Shown: in pieces, positions 48,081 to 59,976 of the stretch
Numbering within the stretch: the stretch's first letter is position 1
Layout: every line of letters starts with the position of its first letter
Origin: an uncultured Nitrososphaeraceae archaeon
GTDB taxonomy: Archaea > Thermoproteota > Nitrososphaeria > Nitrososphaerales > Nitrososphaeraceae
Assembly: GCA_963825865.1 (NCBI GenBank)
Contig: CAWGVG010000036.1
Coordinates: forward strand, 64,001 to 128,000
Reading direction: 5' to 3'
DNA length: 64,000 nt
The notes under the pieces: generated by a model
Seen by the model: only the letters and a program-made list of their open reading frames with translations
Told to the model about the DNA's origin: nothing
The model's database searches: none
Translations under genes and position numbers: made by a program

Positions 48081-48416
48081 TCACACTGTTTCTGGCTCCG
48101 TTACTTGTAGATCATTTAAGACTTCTGATACTCCTGAGACATTCCATGCTTCTTGACCTGCCAAACCTCTTTCTTCATAAGTTTTGACAAGGCCTTTCAA
48201 AGTAACAGCTGAATTGTTAACATATACTTCGATGTGTGAAGAATCAATCTTGTTGTTTTTTCTCAGGTTTTCATTAATCTTATTTTTTAATTCGTCATCA
48301 CCTTTACGTCCAGCTATATGGGATGAATCATATGGTTCGTTGCCCCAATAGTAGCCAGAATAAGAATCTTCAGGAGGTTCTTTTCTTGGTTCTACTCCGT
48401 TACGCTTTTCTTTCAT
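48081..48416 (-). CDS. BON domain protein
   Basis: DDELKNKI...IDSSHIEVYVNNSAVTLKGLV...AWNVSGVSEVLNDL. Confidence 0.85.
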   Translation of the reverse strand: MKEKRNGVEPRKEPPEDSYSGYYWGNEPYDSSHIAGRKGDDELKNKINENLRKNNKIDSSHIEVYVNNSAVTLKGLVKTYEERGLAGQEAWNVSGVSEVLNDLQVTEPETV

Positions 48417-48605
48417 TATTAACGTTGTTTGAATGCGGCTCTTTTAACTATATAATAAAAATCTTCTAGGCTTTATTTGCATTCATTGTGTGGACATGAA
48501 ATAGAGTCCAAAGACCACATGATTCAATTGTGCATTCAAAGGTCGATTGAATGGACGGTTAATTTTTACAACAGCAGCTTAGCATACTAATTCTTCTAAC
48601 ACTTT

Positions 48606-48925
48606 ATGCGCCTATCCATCTTAGAGATATTACTGAAGATGAGAAGAACTATCTATATGACATGATGGATAATGATGCAGAAGCAGGTTACAGAGACAAG
48701 ATTATTCTTCTTCTAAGGAGTGAAGGTTACACTATAACAGAGATACACTCATACAGACAAACCATCATGACAACAACATAAAGAAATGGATACACCGATT
48801 CAACGACTATGGCATTGTATCAAGAAAACACAATCATACCGCTCCAAAGACAACTGATGGTATAGAAAAAGAGATTGTACAGTATAGATTCAACCAATCC
48901 GAGGAAACTTGGTTTGGGTTAGGAT
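48606..48925 (+). mobile_element. IS630-like transposase N-terminal (HTH) remnant
   Basis: LRDITEDEK...YRDKIILL..EGYTITEI...NIKKWIHRFNDYGI...PRKLGL across frameshifts; no DDE domain. Confidence 0.6.
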
Positions 48926-49119
48926 AGGTTATGGGCAATATTACTAACCAGTTGACCAACTAATGATAAGAGTTAACCAACCACTAATTAGTAGATAGAA
49001 GCGTTTGCTTTTTATCCAAATATATAATAACTGATAGTTGCGTTCGTGCACCTACACATTCTGATTTTTTGCATCATCCAGTCCTGTTAGCAACTATATT
49101 CCTAAAATCCAAATTTAAA

Positions 49120-50751
49120 TCAGCAAATATCACTTGTGCTCGCATTACGCCCTGGAGCCATGGATACTCCTGGCCCAGGGTGACTGCCGGCACCACACAG
49201 GTAAATATTAGGAATTGGCATTCTATAACATCCCAATTCAGGAACAGGTCTCATAGATGATCTCTGGTATGGAACTACTGCTCCACATGAAAGAGTGCCA
49301 TATACTGATGTCGTTGGCCTTTTTTCAAAGTCTGCAGGAGAATATATAACTGGCTTAAGTGTTATTTTCTTCAAATTAGGTATATATTTTTCAGTTATCA
49401 TATCTATAATATGATCACCATATTGCTCCTTGACATTGTCCCAATCACCATTGGTAATATTACTATTATCATCGTAAGTATTATTATGATGATCATTATC
49501 AATGATATCATCATCAATCAATTTGACCTTATATGGTACGCTTAGAATTAAAAACTTCATCAGATGTTTACCGGTTGGTACCCTGCTTGGGTCCGCTATT
49601 GAGTCATTACTCATTATAAAAAGGGGCTCTGAAGGTAACTTTCCAGATCTGCATTCATAGAAGATCTTTGCAAAGAAATCTATTGTTGGCGGCGAAAGGT
49701 GAAGTTGCGTTGATTGAATAATATCTGTGCCTGCATAGTATTCAGCTGGCCCATTTAGAGCAAGGTAAACTGCAGGTACTGAGTCTCCCCACTCAATCTT
49801 CTTGATACCATTTACAATTCTTGCATCAAGGTATTCTTCTCCAATAAGCTTAAGAGCTAGTGTAGATGGATCTGCGCTTGATGCTATAATCTTTTTTACA
49901 CCAATCTCTTTTCCGCTGTCAAGTCTCACTCCTACAGCTCTTCCTTCTCTGATTATGATCTTTGTAACTGCTGTATTTGTAATTATTTCGCCTCCTCTGG
50001 ATTGAAGATACTTTGAAAGAGCAAGAGGAAGATTAACAAATCCCCCCTTTACTACATTGTTTCCTCCATCTTGCATAATAGTACTAAACAAGTAGGCTGT
50101 CTCGCCACCACCAGCATCATCTGGTGAAAGACCAACAAATGCAGCAAAGGTACCAAACATTACCTTTGCTTCTTGTGATTCGAACCATTCATTACACCAT
50201 GAACGCATAGACTGCAGACTAAATCTATACGGATTTAGTCTCTCGCCATCACTACTACTACTACTACCTGTATGACTGTTCTGCATCATAGCAATTTGAG
50301 TAGATAAAGGAAGGGGTGGTGTGTTAATAGTAGATATTATGAAATCTTTTTCCCCCAAATATCTATCAAACATCTTCTTCCAAGTATGGGCATCCTTTTT
50401 TGAATATTTCCCAATACTCTTCATGGTCTTCTCTACACTTCGATACATGGAAATATATCCACCATCAGGGAATACATGGGAATAAGAAATCTCCGGTCGT
50501 AAGAGTTCAAAGCCATATTTATCAAGATTCAGTTCATCTGGAACTGGAGACAAATTTGCAAGTTGGTAACCAAAAGCATGAACATCTGATCTAAAACCTG
50601 GCAATGTAACTTCTTCTGTTATAGTCATGCCTCTTATGGACTTGTACTGTTCAATAACCAAAACCTTCAGACCTGCTTTTGCGAGATAGCATGCACATGT
50701 CAAGCCATTGTGACCTGCACCAATAACTATGGCGTCATATTCCGAAGACAA
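49120..50751 (-). CDS. Phytoene-desaturase-family NAD(P)/FAD-dependent oxidoreductase
   Basis: IGAGHNGL Rossmann motif; YLCGAGSHPGPGV..PGRNA; probable C-terminal frameshift. Confidence 0.9.
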   Translation of the reverse strand: MSSEYDAIVIGAGHNGLTCACYLAKAGLKVLVIEQYKSIRGMTITEEVTLPGFRSDVHAFGYQLANLSPVPDELNLDKYGFELLRPEISYSHVFPDGGYISMYRSVEKTMKSIGKYSKKDAHTWKKMFDRYLGEKDFIISTINTPPLPLSTQIAMMQNSHTGSSSSSDGERLNPYRFSLQSMRSWCNEWFESQEAKVMFGTFAAFVGLSPDDAGGGETAYLFSTIMQDGGNNVVKGGFVNLPLALSKYLQSRGGEIITNTAVTKIIIREGRAVGVRLDSGKEIGVKKIIASSADPSTLALKLIGEEYLDARIVNGIKKIEWGDSVPAVYLALNGPAEYYAGTDIIQSTQLHLSPPTIDFFAKIFYECRSGKLPSEPLFIMSNDSIADPSRVPTGKHLMKFLILSVPYKVKLIDDDIIDNDHHNNTYDDNSNITNGDWDNVKEQYGDHIIDMITEKYIPNLKKITLKPVIYSPADFEKRPTTSVYGTLSCGAVVPYQRSSMRPVPELGCYRMPIPNIYLCGAGSHPGPGVSMAPGRNASTSDIC

Positions 50752-50836
50752 ATGCGAGTTATATGAAAGAAGAAAGCGCTTTTATGAGTTTTGTCAGAAA
50801 TCTGTATTAATGAGATAAGCACACCTCGATAAACTA

Positions 50837-50941
50837 ATGGCACATGCATCAACAACCAAGAGCGCCATCGTCACCGGCGCCTCACGCGGGATCGGACGCG
50901 CGGTAGCGATAAGGCTGGCACGCGATGGCTTCGCGGTATAA
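50837..50941 (+). pseudogene. GC-rich N-terminal fragment of a short-chain dehydrogenase
   Basis: MAHASTTKSAIVTGASRGIGRAVAIRLARDGFAV* (TGxxxGIG). Confidence 0.8.
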
Positions 50942-51235
50942 GAGCACGGCTGACTTTTTTTTGTTTTTTATTATTCCAATCGCCTGAAGTTACTTGACCA
51001 TTCTGGCCTAGTAACAGAAGGAATAATGATAAGATTTTCTGTCTATGCGCATTATAATCTACTCCACGTTCTCCTTGGTTCATATCTCTATGCAACATGA
51101 ACCACGAACTCGTAAAGTCGTTTCTGACGGATCTGACGGCGTATTTAACGTGCTATTTGACGATGACCATATTCAGAAAAAATGATGATATCTAAAGCAG
51201 TAGATATGAAAGATCTCTTTCTGTAGACTTAACGG

Positions 51236-51480
51236 AAAAAAAGGTTGTGGTAGTAAATTAACTACCTTGTTGTGCATCTTCTTCGGGGCTGTGGCCATCC
51301 TCATTATTGGTGCTGCCGTCATCATTACTGGTGTTATCAGTAGGATTAACGTGGTTCTTGATAGTAATGAAGATTGCAGCTTCATTAATGCATGAGTGTT
51401 TGATTGGACTTTTTTTTACCATCAGTGTCACAATTTGTCTTCTACTTCATGATGGCGGTAGAGTTGTTACCATTTACTGT
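51236..51480 (-). pseudogene. Decayed cassette-family remnant with the shared terminator
   Basis: aaaaaaggttgtggtagtaaattaactacctt terminator; coding remnant VNGNNST...NC...HSCINE. Confidence 0.45.
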
Positions 51481-52658
51481 CGTACAGTAAGACCATATGC
51501 TGCTGCCATATGCTAAATAGATGGTTGTTCTTTCAATGAAGAAACAGTGGTATTCTTGAATTTCTTAAAACACGATATATTGTATTTGCTAGTCTAACAT
51601 ACTTAGATTCCTTCAATATCTATAGTCTATTATGCTTCTAGAAAGCTTTGACGGAATCTGTCAAAAGCATGTTTTCTAGAGCCTAATGTATACTATATTA
51701 GGAATATATAGGCTATATTCATTCTACAATTATGAATATAGTAGCGATTCCAAAATCGGTACATGAAAACAGGATCCTAGAGAACAGCCAGGTGTTTGTT
51801 GACTTCCAGCTTGCGCCTGAAGATATGAAACTTCTAGACTCGCTGAACGAGAATTTGCAGACAGTCTTCTTTGGTTAGTGATTGATTGAGTGTCTTCTGG
51901 AAAAGTTTGATATTCACCTACAATTAACGGTGAATTGATCTGATAATACAATGGGATTAATCACTTTCTAACAAGACATGCGCTTATGAGTGCGTTTTTT
52001 ATTCTTGTTTATTCAGATCCAAAAATATGGAAGAAGACTCTACTTCTGTGTGTTTAATGGAACAAGAGTCACTCTATCTGGTACCTGATGTATAATCCCT
52101 GTATGTGACGTGTATAAATGGTCTGGTAGCTGGGCTGATGCCTGCATCGTCTTTGAACTTACAATAAAGCTGCCTATTGAGAAAAACAAACAAACAAACA
52201 GATAATATGGCAGCAGATATCCTAAGATTCGTTCTTATGTTTGTATATTTCAATATATAGATTATCTTAGTAATTATTGTTAGTATATTTATCTTTTAAA
52301 CATTGTTTCCTTACTTTGTTTCTGCTAAATTATAAGTGTTTTTCACTATTATTAGTAATAAGTGGATAGATATTATTATTTGATATAGTATTCTGTTTTG
52401 TCTGGTTCTCTATATCTCGCTGTGCACTATCCTGCTAACAAATGACTGATTACGATTCTTTTTAAAGCCTATTTTTCTAAATCTTTAACGTTCTCATTTT
52501 TGATAAGGACTATTTGAAAGCAAATAAATGGTAACAAGCATATCATTGTGGTAAGACAGTAACAGCTTTACAAATTGTCACGTTATGGTTAGATATATAG
52601 ATATAGATAAATCCACCTGCAAGTATCTATCCTGCTTAGTTTTTGTTACTCTTCTTGG

Positions 52659-53405
52659 TCAGTTAGTTACAAGCAGAAGCAACAACAGCATCATCCTTGT
52701 CCTGCTTCTTATTCTTCTTCTCATCCGTTCCATATAGGGTCTAATTTGCTCCCCTATTCGGTCATCGAATGCTTTACGTATCTGTAGTGTTTTTGCAATA
52801 CCATCAGCAAGATCGTCTTTACTATAAGTTACACCCCTTGACTTCATGATCTCTATCATAATATCTTGACGCTTCTTTGCCTCCTGCTCTAGTAGTTTCT
52901 GATATTCACTTGGACCCAAAGAATCGTCATATTTTAACTTCCCAGGATTGTCAGGATCAGAAACCCAATGACTATAATCATACTTCAACCATCCTGGCTT
53001 ATCTGGGTCTGGAATCTTGTTCCTACTTTTGTAAACATCTGAACCATTGTTATATCTCCCCACTGGTGAGCAATAAATCACTTGCTTCAATTCTTTTATA
53101 GTTGGTTTAGGTTTTATATTCAGAAATTTCTCAGCTAGGTCATAAGGCCAATCTATGGACCACTTGTGATCTGTACCTCGATAATGTGAAGTATCACCTT
53201 CATAAAGTTCTCTAAAACCATTTATTCGCCTTCGCAAGCCATTTTCTTTAGGAGTGATATCTTCAGAGAGATCATTCCAATTCACCCGTTTGCATTTAGC
53301 ACATCTATCTGGTATAGGGCCATTCTTGCCGTTAATACGATTAAGCCATTTATAGCCACATTTAGCGCACTCATATTCTTTAATTTGTATCTCATGAATT
53401 GGCAT
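52659..53405 (-). CDS. Zinc-ribbon-containing hypothetical protein, mobile-element-like
   Basis: CAKCGYKW...PDRCAKCK..W; internal repeat DPDKPGWLKYD / DPDNPGKLKYD. Confidence 0.7.
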   Translation of the reverse strand: MPIHEIQIKEYECAKCGYKWLNRINGKNGPIPDRCAKCKRVNWNDLSEDITPKENGLRRRINGFRELYEGDTSHYRGTDHKWSIDWPYDLAEKFLNIKPKPTIKELKQVIYCSPVGRYNNGSDVYKSRNKIPDPDKPGWLKYDYSHWVSDPDNPGKLKYDDSLGPSEYQKLLEQEAKKRQDIMIEIMKSRGVTYSKDDLADGIAKTLQIRKAFDDRIGEQIRPYMERMRRRIRSRTRMMLLLLLLVTN

Positions 53406-53415
53406 AATTAAATTC

Positions 53416-53483
53416 ACTAATGGTGAGATGACATATATGCCTTTACTAATGGTGACCACTATTAATTCAATTCACTAATGGTG
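53416..53483. repeat. Three ACTAATGGTG direct repeats at a 29-bp period
   Basis: Copies start at 53416, 53445 and 53474. Confidence 0.9.
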
Positions 53484-53962
53484 GGCTGATAAATGCTCCC
53501 ATTTGATTTTCAGCTGCCAAAAAAAGCTACCTAGAAGGCTTATTATGCTGTAAGGCTTCTTCATTTACCTGTCAAAGATTCTCAAAATCCTCGAGTTGGA
53601 TAGTCAAGCTTGTCTATAGATGGCATCTGTATCTCTTTCAGTAATATCATCCTTTGTTGTGGTCTTGTTGCAAATTTATTGAAGTCTTACGTAGGTCTAT
53701 CAATTTCCAAGCAAGTGCACCCTAATAGACAATCTATTATTGAAGTCTTTTTGTCATCAGTTAGTTTGGGCACGAACAAGTCCGAATCTAGGATCTCCTG
53801 AAGTCGCTCACTTTCTGAGGTTAATTCTTTTGAAGTCGCATAAGGTTGCAGGTGACGTTACTTCTTTTGTGTACAGACATCCCAAAGTGTAGATGTATTC
53901 TCACTTCTTTAGAGCCATTTAGCAAATTAATCGGAGAAAGTGTCCACCAATTTAGTACTAAA

Positions 53963-54140
53963 TATGCAGAAAGAACATACTGCTACAGACTGGAACGAAA
54001 AAGGTATTAGTCTTTTCAAAAGAAAAAATATGATAACAGGAAAGTATCAGGAGCTTATAGAGTGTTGCGACAGAGCTATAAAGATAATCCAAACAATATT
54101 AATGCATGGTATAACAAAGGTGCAGCTCTTGATAAGTTAA
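53963..54140 (+). pseudogene. TPR protein fragment
   Basis: WNEKGISL...YQELIECCDRAIKI / NINAWYNKGAAL. Confidence 0.6.
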
Positions 54141-54321
54141 GACAAAAGGATGCAAGGCACCCTGCCTTCTTGTCCTGTTCCTGTCTAAAGTAATAATATG
54201 TAATACTGTCCAATAAGAGACACATATGAGTAAAGTTGTTATAGTTATGCCAACTTGCCTTAGTTATGTTCAGAAATAAGGAATTTGGTTTTAACTGTAA
54301 ATGGGGAGGGTTAGTGCAATA

Positions 54322-55804
54322 ATGACTCAAGAGTTGATTGTAACCCAAAAAACAAAGGGCATTAATTTTCCAAGGTGGAGGATCACTTGGCGCATATGAA
54401 GTCGGTGTCTTTCAAGCACTCTATGAAAATATAACAAGAGAAGATGAGAAAAAAGGAGAAGAAGAAAAAGGCAGGCCATTATTTGACATTGTTGCTGGTA
54501 CTTCCATAGGTGCGATAAATGCAGCCTGTCTTGGTAAGTTATGTTGCAGAAAATGGAACTTGGAAGAAGGATGACACAGAAGCTTAATGAGTTTTGGGAT
54601 TATGTGTCAACTGAGTCTTATGCAGATGTCTCCTGGATTTACCTCCTGGTGGGACTACTGGCATAATACTGGCGGTAGTATTGCGTCAGGAGAGGCTGCC
54701 AGAAGATATTATTCGGCAAAACAATTCGGACTGTCCGGTGTACCAAACGTGTTTTCGCCACTACCTCCATCTGTTGACGATAAGTTCTTAGATGCCCAAA
54801 ATATGTGGTATCGTTATGATAACTATCCGTTAAAGACAACTATTGAAAAGTTTGCAAAATTTCCTATAGCAACAAGTCATGATGAAAATAGCCAACAACC
54901 AAGACTGCTTTTAGTAAGTGTTGATTTACAAGATGGCGCAACAGTAACATTTGATAGTTATCTAAAAGAAGATAATCAAAGAAAATCTGAATATGGAAAG
55001 TATGGCACTGAAATCAGCACTAATGGAAAGAAAGGCGGATATGAACATGTAATAATCGATAATGAAGGCATAAAGGCAGACTACGTTATTGCAAGTGCGC
55101 CTGTACCAATAAACTTTAACTATACGACCATTCAGGCAGAGAAGAAAAAGAGAAATTCAGAAAACACTATGGTGGGAAACAACAACAATAAAACCAATAA
55201 CAACAATTCTAAACAAGAGCGCTACTTTTGTGATGGTGGTCTACTAAGTAATACACCATTAAGGGAAGTATTGGAAGCACATAGAAACTATTGGTTCAAA
55301 GCGAAAAAGCACGGAACAATTAATTCAAAGAATTCTGTTCCCAGATTTAGAAATATATGTAGTGGATTTACATCCAACAAAACAAGATTCTATACCTATC
55401 GATCACGATGGAGTTGTTAATAGAAATAATGACATAACATTCCATGACAGAACTACGTATGATAAGAAAGTGGCACTACTTGTAGCAGATTATATTAATT
55501 TCGCAAACGATTTAATTAAAGTTGCAAAGGATAATGGCGTTTCAGAAGGTGCTATTGATAAAGTCTTAAAGAAAGGGGCAAAGAGCAAACACCGTACAGG
55601 AGAAATTAGAATATACCAAGATTTATTGGAAGGACGATTTAACATAGACAAAATCGTACGTATAGAACGCAAAAATGATGTTGTAGCACCATTTCAAATA
55701 AAATATTTGACTTTTCAAGCGGTACAGTAAGGCAGTTGAGAGAAAATGGATATAGAGATACTATTGATAAACTAAACCTACTACTAAATGTGCATAAGAG
55801 TTAG
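54322..55804 (+). CDS. Patatin-like phospholipase (multiple frameshifts)
   Basis: LIFQGGGSLGAYE, AGTSIGAINA (GxSxG), DGGLLSNTPL. Confidence 0.85.
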
Positions 55805-56120
55805 GAGCAGTGTCAGAAAATATGCTCCCTCCATCAAAAAGATGCATTTCCACCTGAACAATGGAATGCAAAAGGCCTATCTTCTACTAAGGTTTGGTCG
55901 ATATGAAGGTGCAATCGAGTGCTTTGATAAAGCTATAGAGATACCCCTTCGTATGCCAACAAAATATCCCCCTAAAGTCTACCCACATAACGTTACAATC
56001 ATTTAACCACCTGTGAGATTCTAGAAGAAAAGAAGCAAAAAATGAATTATACTGTAAGCAGAGACCACTATTTTTTGCTACCACAATTTTTCGTTATTTA
56101 GTTCCGTAACTAGTTGTTAT

Positions 56121-56440
56121 TGTACTCGCCCATGATAGGTTACACTTTCGATTACCTACATAGGTTACACTTTCTTGCTTCTTCATTCTGCATACAGTCG
56201 AATTATTGAATCTTTGTATAAAAACATCTCCGATGGAGTCAGACCGTTTATTCCACCATGCTCTCTAGTTTCGTTATATGCTTTGACAAACATGTCATAT
56301 CTTAATTTTCCATCACCTATATTTGATATGTCTTCAACTGAAAGAAATTCTCTCTTTATTATCTTATCATATGCTTCTACCTTTCCAACGGAATTGGATA
56401 TGCAGTCTTGTAGAAGCGTTTGTGGTTTATTTTATTATAT
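56121..56440 (-). mobile_element. IS481-like transposase C-terminal remnant with element end
   Basis: Minus strand VEAYDKIIKREFL...YDMFVKAYNETREHGGI.GLTPSE (integrase-core tail); TGT at 56121 and ATAGGTTACACTTTC repeated at 56135 and 56160. Confidence 0.65.
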
Positions 56441-57351
56441 GTATATATTCAAGAAAAAAATTAAATGTTTTCATTTCGTTCGTGCTTCCAATAGAAGAAT
56501 CATACTCCGTCTTTCATAGTTGCTCCTGCATATTTTTCTAGCAATTTTATATACACTTCTGTCGATTATATCATAATCAGAAAATCCATTTACAAGGAGT
56601 CATCATCTCTTGTACTTTCTATAAAACTTCATGGATCTTATAAGATTAGTCATGTCTCCTGCATGTTGTAGGTTATGCAACTCAATGACGATTCCCTGTT
56701 CTGTGTTCAAATCTATTTAGAAATCAGTTGTTCTTCTTCTTTCTTCTTCTTGCCCCCCCCTCCTTCCAAATCTATCTCTTTTAGTTACATCTGAAATTAT
56801 TGCCGGTTTCATCCTTGTTCCTTTGATTGTACAGTACCTTAGAATATCCACGTTTCATTTGTTTTCTGTATCTTCCATGTGTCCTCCATATTGGTACATC
56901 TCCATATCGGGCTGGGATTACACTAAATGCATGGAGTTTTTCTCTGACTAAAAGGTGGTTGTCTTCACACTATCATATCCTTTATCAGCTGTTACTACAG
57001 ATAACGGTAGAGTTTGGGATATCTTTGTTATAATTGGTTTGAAATATCAATCAATCATCTTTAAGTTGTATCTCGTCTACATTCAAATCCGAAGCTAATT
57101 GCCTTGCTTCTCTTATCTGTTTCATAATTGCCTTCTTTCTAACTTTATACATCAAACGGTAGCAGAATAATAGCATTAGAAAATGCAATTTTAGAGTTAG
57201 CACAACGCTCTTCTTCTGGGTAAGTGTTTTCAGGTATTACGTGTAGTGTGGTGGTGTGCTGTTGTCTGCCAAGAACATTAAAGGCTCTACAAACAGGAGT
57301 TTTTAACATAATAGTCATTTCTTCTTTATAGGATTTAATCAGTAACTAGAA

Positions 57352-57519
57352 TCATTTCTTCTTAAGGTCTTTAAGATACTGTCTCATAGATTCTACGATA
57401 AGAGCAGTTACTGTCGTTTTCATATTTATAGCCAAGTGTTTGAAATCATCAAGCAGATCGGTAGGAATTTTAATCGTAGTTTTAGTTTCATCATCTCCTA
57501 CCATTTCATCCCTTTCCAT
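57352..57519 (-). CDS. Small ribbon-helix-helix protein (one frameshift)
   Basis: KTTIKIPTDLLDDFKHLAI / KTTVTALIVESMRQYL. Confidence 0.55.
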   Translation of the reverse strand: MERDEMVGDDETKTTIKIPTDLLDDFKHLAINMKTTVTALIVESMRQYLKDLKKK

Positions 57520-57883
57520 ATACGATATTTATATACACACAGTTATATGTATTTATACTTTAGCATATAGATATCTTGTAGTATAGAAATAGTATTTGTA
57601 TACTCAGTTATATTTATTCCTGCTTAAACATATAACTTTCTTACCGTATAGAAGTATACACTTATATATTCTATGTCTAGCAGTATGGGTATGGACACTC
57701 GAACGTTCTCCGTAAACGTAGTAACTACGATAGCAATACCAGCTACGATGATGAAAAGTACAATGACAAAGCAAGCATTTGTATTCGAAGATCCAAAACA
57801 TTGCAACACAGATGGATGGCCCTCGACCTGTTACAACGTAGGGTATAACGACGGTCAACAAAGCTGAGGAGATGAATTAATCA

Positions 57884-58867
57884 ATGAACAACCACAATAG
57901 CAAAACTCAATTCCACAAAGTTTTGGTAATAGGGCTAGGACAGCTAGGTTTGCCTGTAGCAAAATATGTTAAGGAAAAAGGATTTGACGTGTATGGCTAT
58001 GATTTAAGTCATGAAGCCATAGAGCGTGCAGAGAGGATCGCAGCAATAAAGAAAGCTACTAATTTTAGCGACTTTGATGTTTACATTATATGCGTGTCTA
58101 CCCACAATCCTGATGACATTTACTCTCCGAAAATAGACGGGTTGTTATCAATTGCCGGAACAATCTCCAGAGAGGCAAAAGACGGAGCACTTGTTTCAAT
58201 AGAGAGCACTATTCCGCGGGGCACTTCTAAAAGAGTATTTGAAATGCTTAACCATAGAGTACATGTAGCGCATGCACCCCATAGGTGGTATTCTCTAGAA
58301 CAAGAAGAACATGGGGTAAATCAATTACGTATTGTAGGAGGAGTCTGTGATTGTTGTCTTAAGACAGCTTTGGAGTTTTATAGTGACAGAAATACTGCTG
58401 CTACTTCTACCAATAATAACACTGCCATTACCAATGCTAGCACTTCTGAGATTAGCAATGACGGTAACAATAACAATAACAATAACAAAAGCTTGGCCAT
58501 TCCTATGCATCCAGTATCTAAAGTAGAAATTGCTGAAACAACAAAAATAGTTGAAAATGCACACAGATATCTGCAAATAGCTTTCGCTGAAGATCTTTAC
58601 CTATACTGTCAAGCAAATAACATAAGCTTTCCAGAATTGCGTGATGCGCTTAATACCAAATGGAACGTTGACATTTTAGAACCAATGGAAGGAATAGGAG
58701 GACACTGCCTACCAAAAGATACTAGAATGTTTTTGCAATCATCAGTTCGAAGAAAAAGTAAGATATTAACGGCAGCTATGGAAGTAGATGAAGATTATAA
58801 AAAATATAGAGCCATGATCGAATCACAGCTTGAATGTCCTCCTCTTGTTGAGCCTAACAGCAAATAG
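57884..58867 (+). CDS. UDP-glucose/GDP-mannose dehydrogenase family protein lacking the C-terminal UDP-binding domain
   Basis: VIGLGQLGLP, IEST, AETTKIVENAHRY..IAFA, GIGGHCLPKD. Confidence 0.85.
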   Translation: MNNHNSKTQFHKVLVIGLGQLGLPVAKYVKEKGFDVYGYDLSHEAIERAERIAAIKKATNFSDFDVYIICVSTHNPDDIYSPKIDGLLSIAGTISREAKDGALVSIESTIPRGTSKRVFEMLNHRVHVAHAPHRWYSLEQEEHGVNQLRIVGGVCDCCLKTALEFYSDRNTAATSTNNNTAITNASTSEISNDGNNNNNNNKSLAIPMHPVSKVEIAETTKIVENAHRYLQIAFAEDLYLYCQANNISFPELRDALNTKWNVDILEPMEGIGGHCLPKDTRMFLQSSVRRKSKILTAAMEVDEDYKKYRAMIESQLECPPLVEPNSK

Positions 58868-59976
58868 AATGTGGGACTGAGTATAAAACATCACAATTAG
58901 CAATTGTGTTCAATTGCTATTGCTGTAACCAAAGGTCATTCTAAACTTGGAAATGGAAGGCAATTCGCATTATAAAAGACTGGTTGGCTAGGTGCAACAA
59001 GCTTGATGGGCTAAACTTTAATGCCGAATTAAAGATGAATGAAAAGGCCTTAAAGGTGCAAGCGAAAGTTATTTCTCAGTCGTCAAAGATGGATTGATGG
59101 TGGTGCAAATAATATACATGAATATGGAGAAAGGATTACTGTCAGAAGCTTACTAAAGGAATTACTTAAAGAACGTTTGAAAAATATAGAAAAAGATTCA
59201 TCGAAGACACAGACAGATGGACACAAAGTACCGTATTTTATCGTAAGACCTAACCTATTAAAAGTACTTTGTATATAATTCCGAAGATATAAGAAAAAAG
59301 CGACAGTATATTACTAGTATGGCAAATATGTGAATAGCTAGCTACAAAAAGAGAAGAATTATGTATTTTTGTAGCAGACAGAGCTCAACTGCATTGTTGC
59401 ATAACTAACCATTCTGTCGATATAATTTGACCTATTTTCATATAGCTTACATGGTATAACGTTATCGAATGATTAACTGGCATGTATACAATAAACCGCG
59501 TAATTGAAAGCTTAAATCTTTATTCTCCATTGATCTGCACATATTCGATACTGTGTTGATGTCTTACGCTTGCCTATCAAGAAGGCCGTTGTTATTCAAA
59601 TCGTTTACTGGACTGGCTGTATCAGAATTTGATGTCATTGTCAAAAAAATAGAATCAAAATATGATGACATCGTAATTACGCAATATGTCTATTCTATAC
59701 TTCACTTATCACATAACAGGTAATTCTATTATTATATCACATTTTTTCCTTTATCTTTCCTGTGGTGTTCAGCCACAGAGCTAATAAGTGAAGTTATTAT
59801 CATCTCTATTGATAAGTCCTGATTGTGGGCTGCTTATTGATAGAAAATAATAATAATAATAATAAACATATGTATTTTAGATAGCTCTTAAATTCGAGTT
59901 GATAGATCTAAAATATCCTTTTCCTTTTTTAATTAAAAAAAATAAAAAAGTGTTGGGAAGTTAAAGTTGTTGTCTG

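Noticed and set aside
53416-53483. Mini-CRISPR interpretation of the 29-bp-period repeats
   Set aside because: Repeat (10-11 bp) and spacers (18-19 bp) are too short and no cas genes are present
53500-53930. Possible integrase or replication gene next to the 29-bp repeats
   Set aside because: Only stop-interrupted coding-like fragments; I could not identify any catalytic motif
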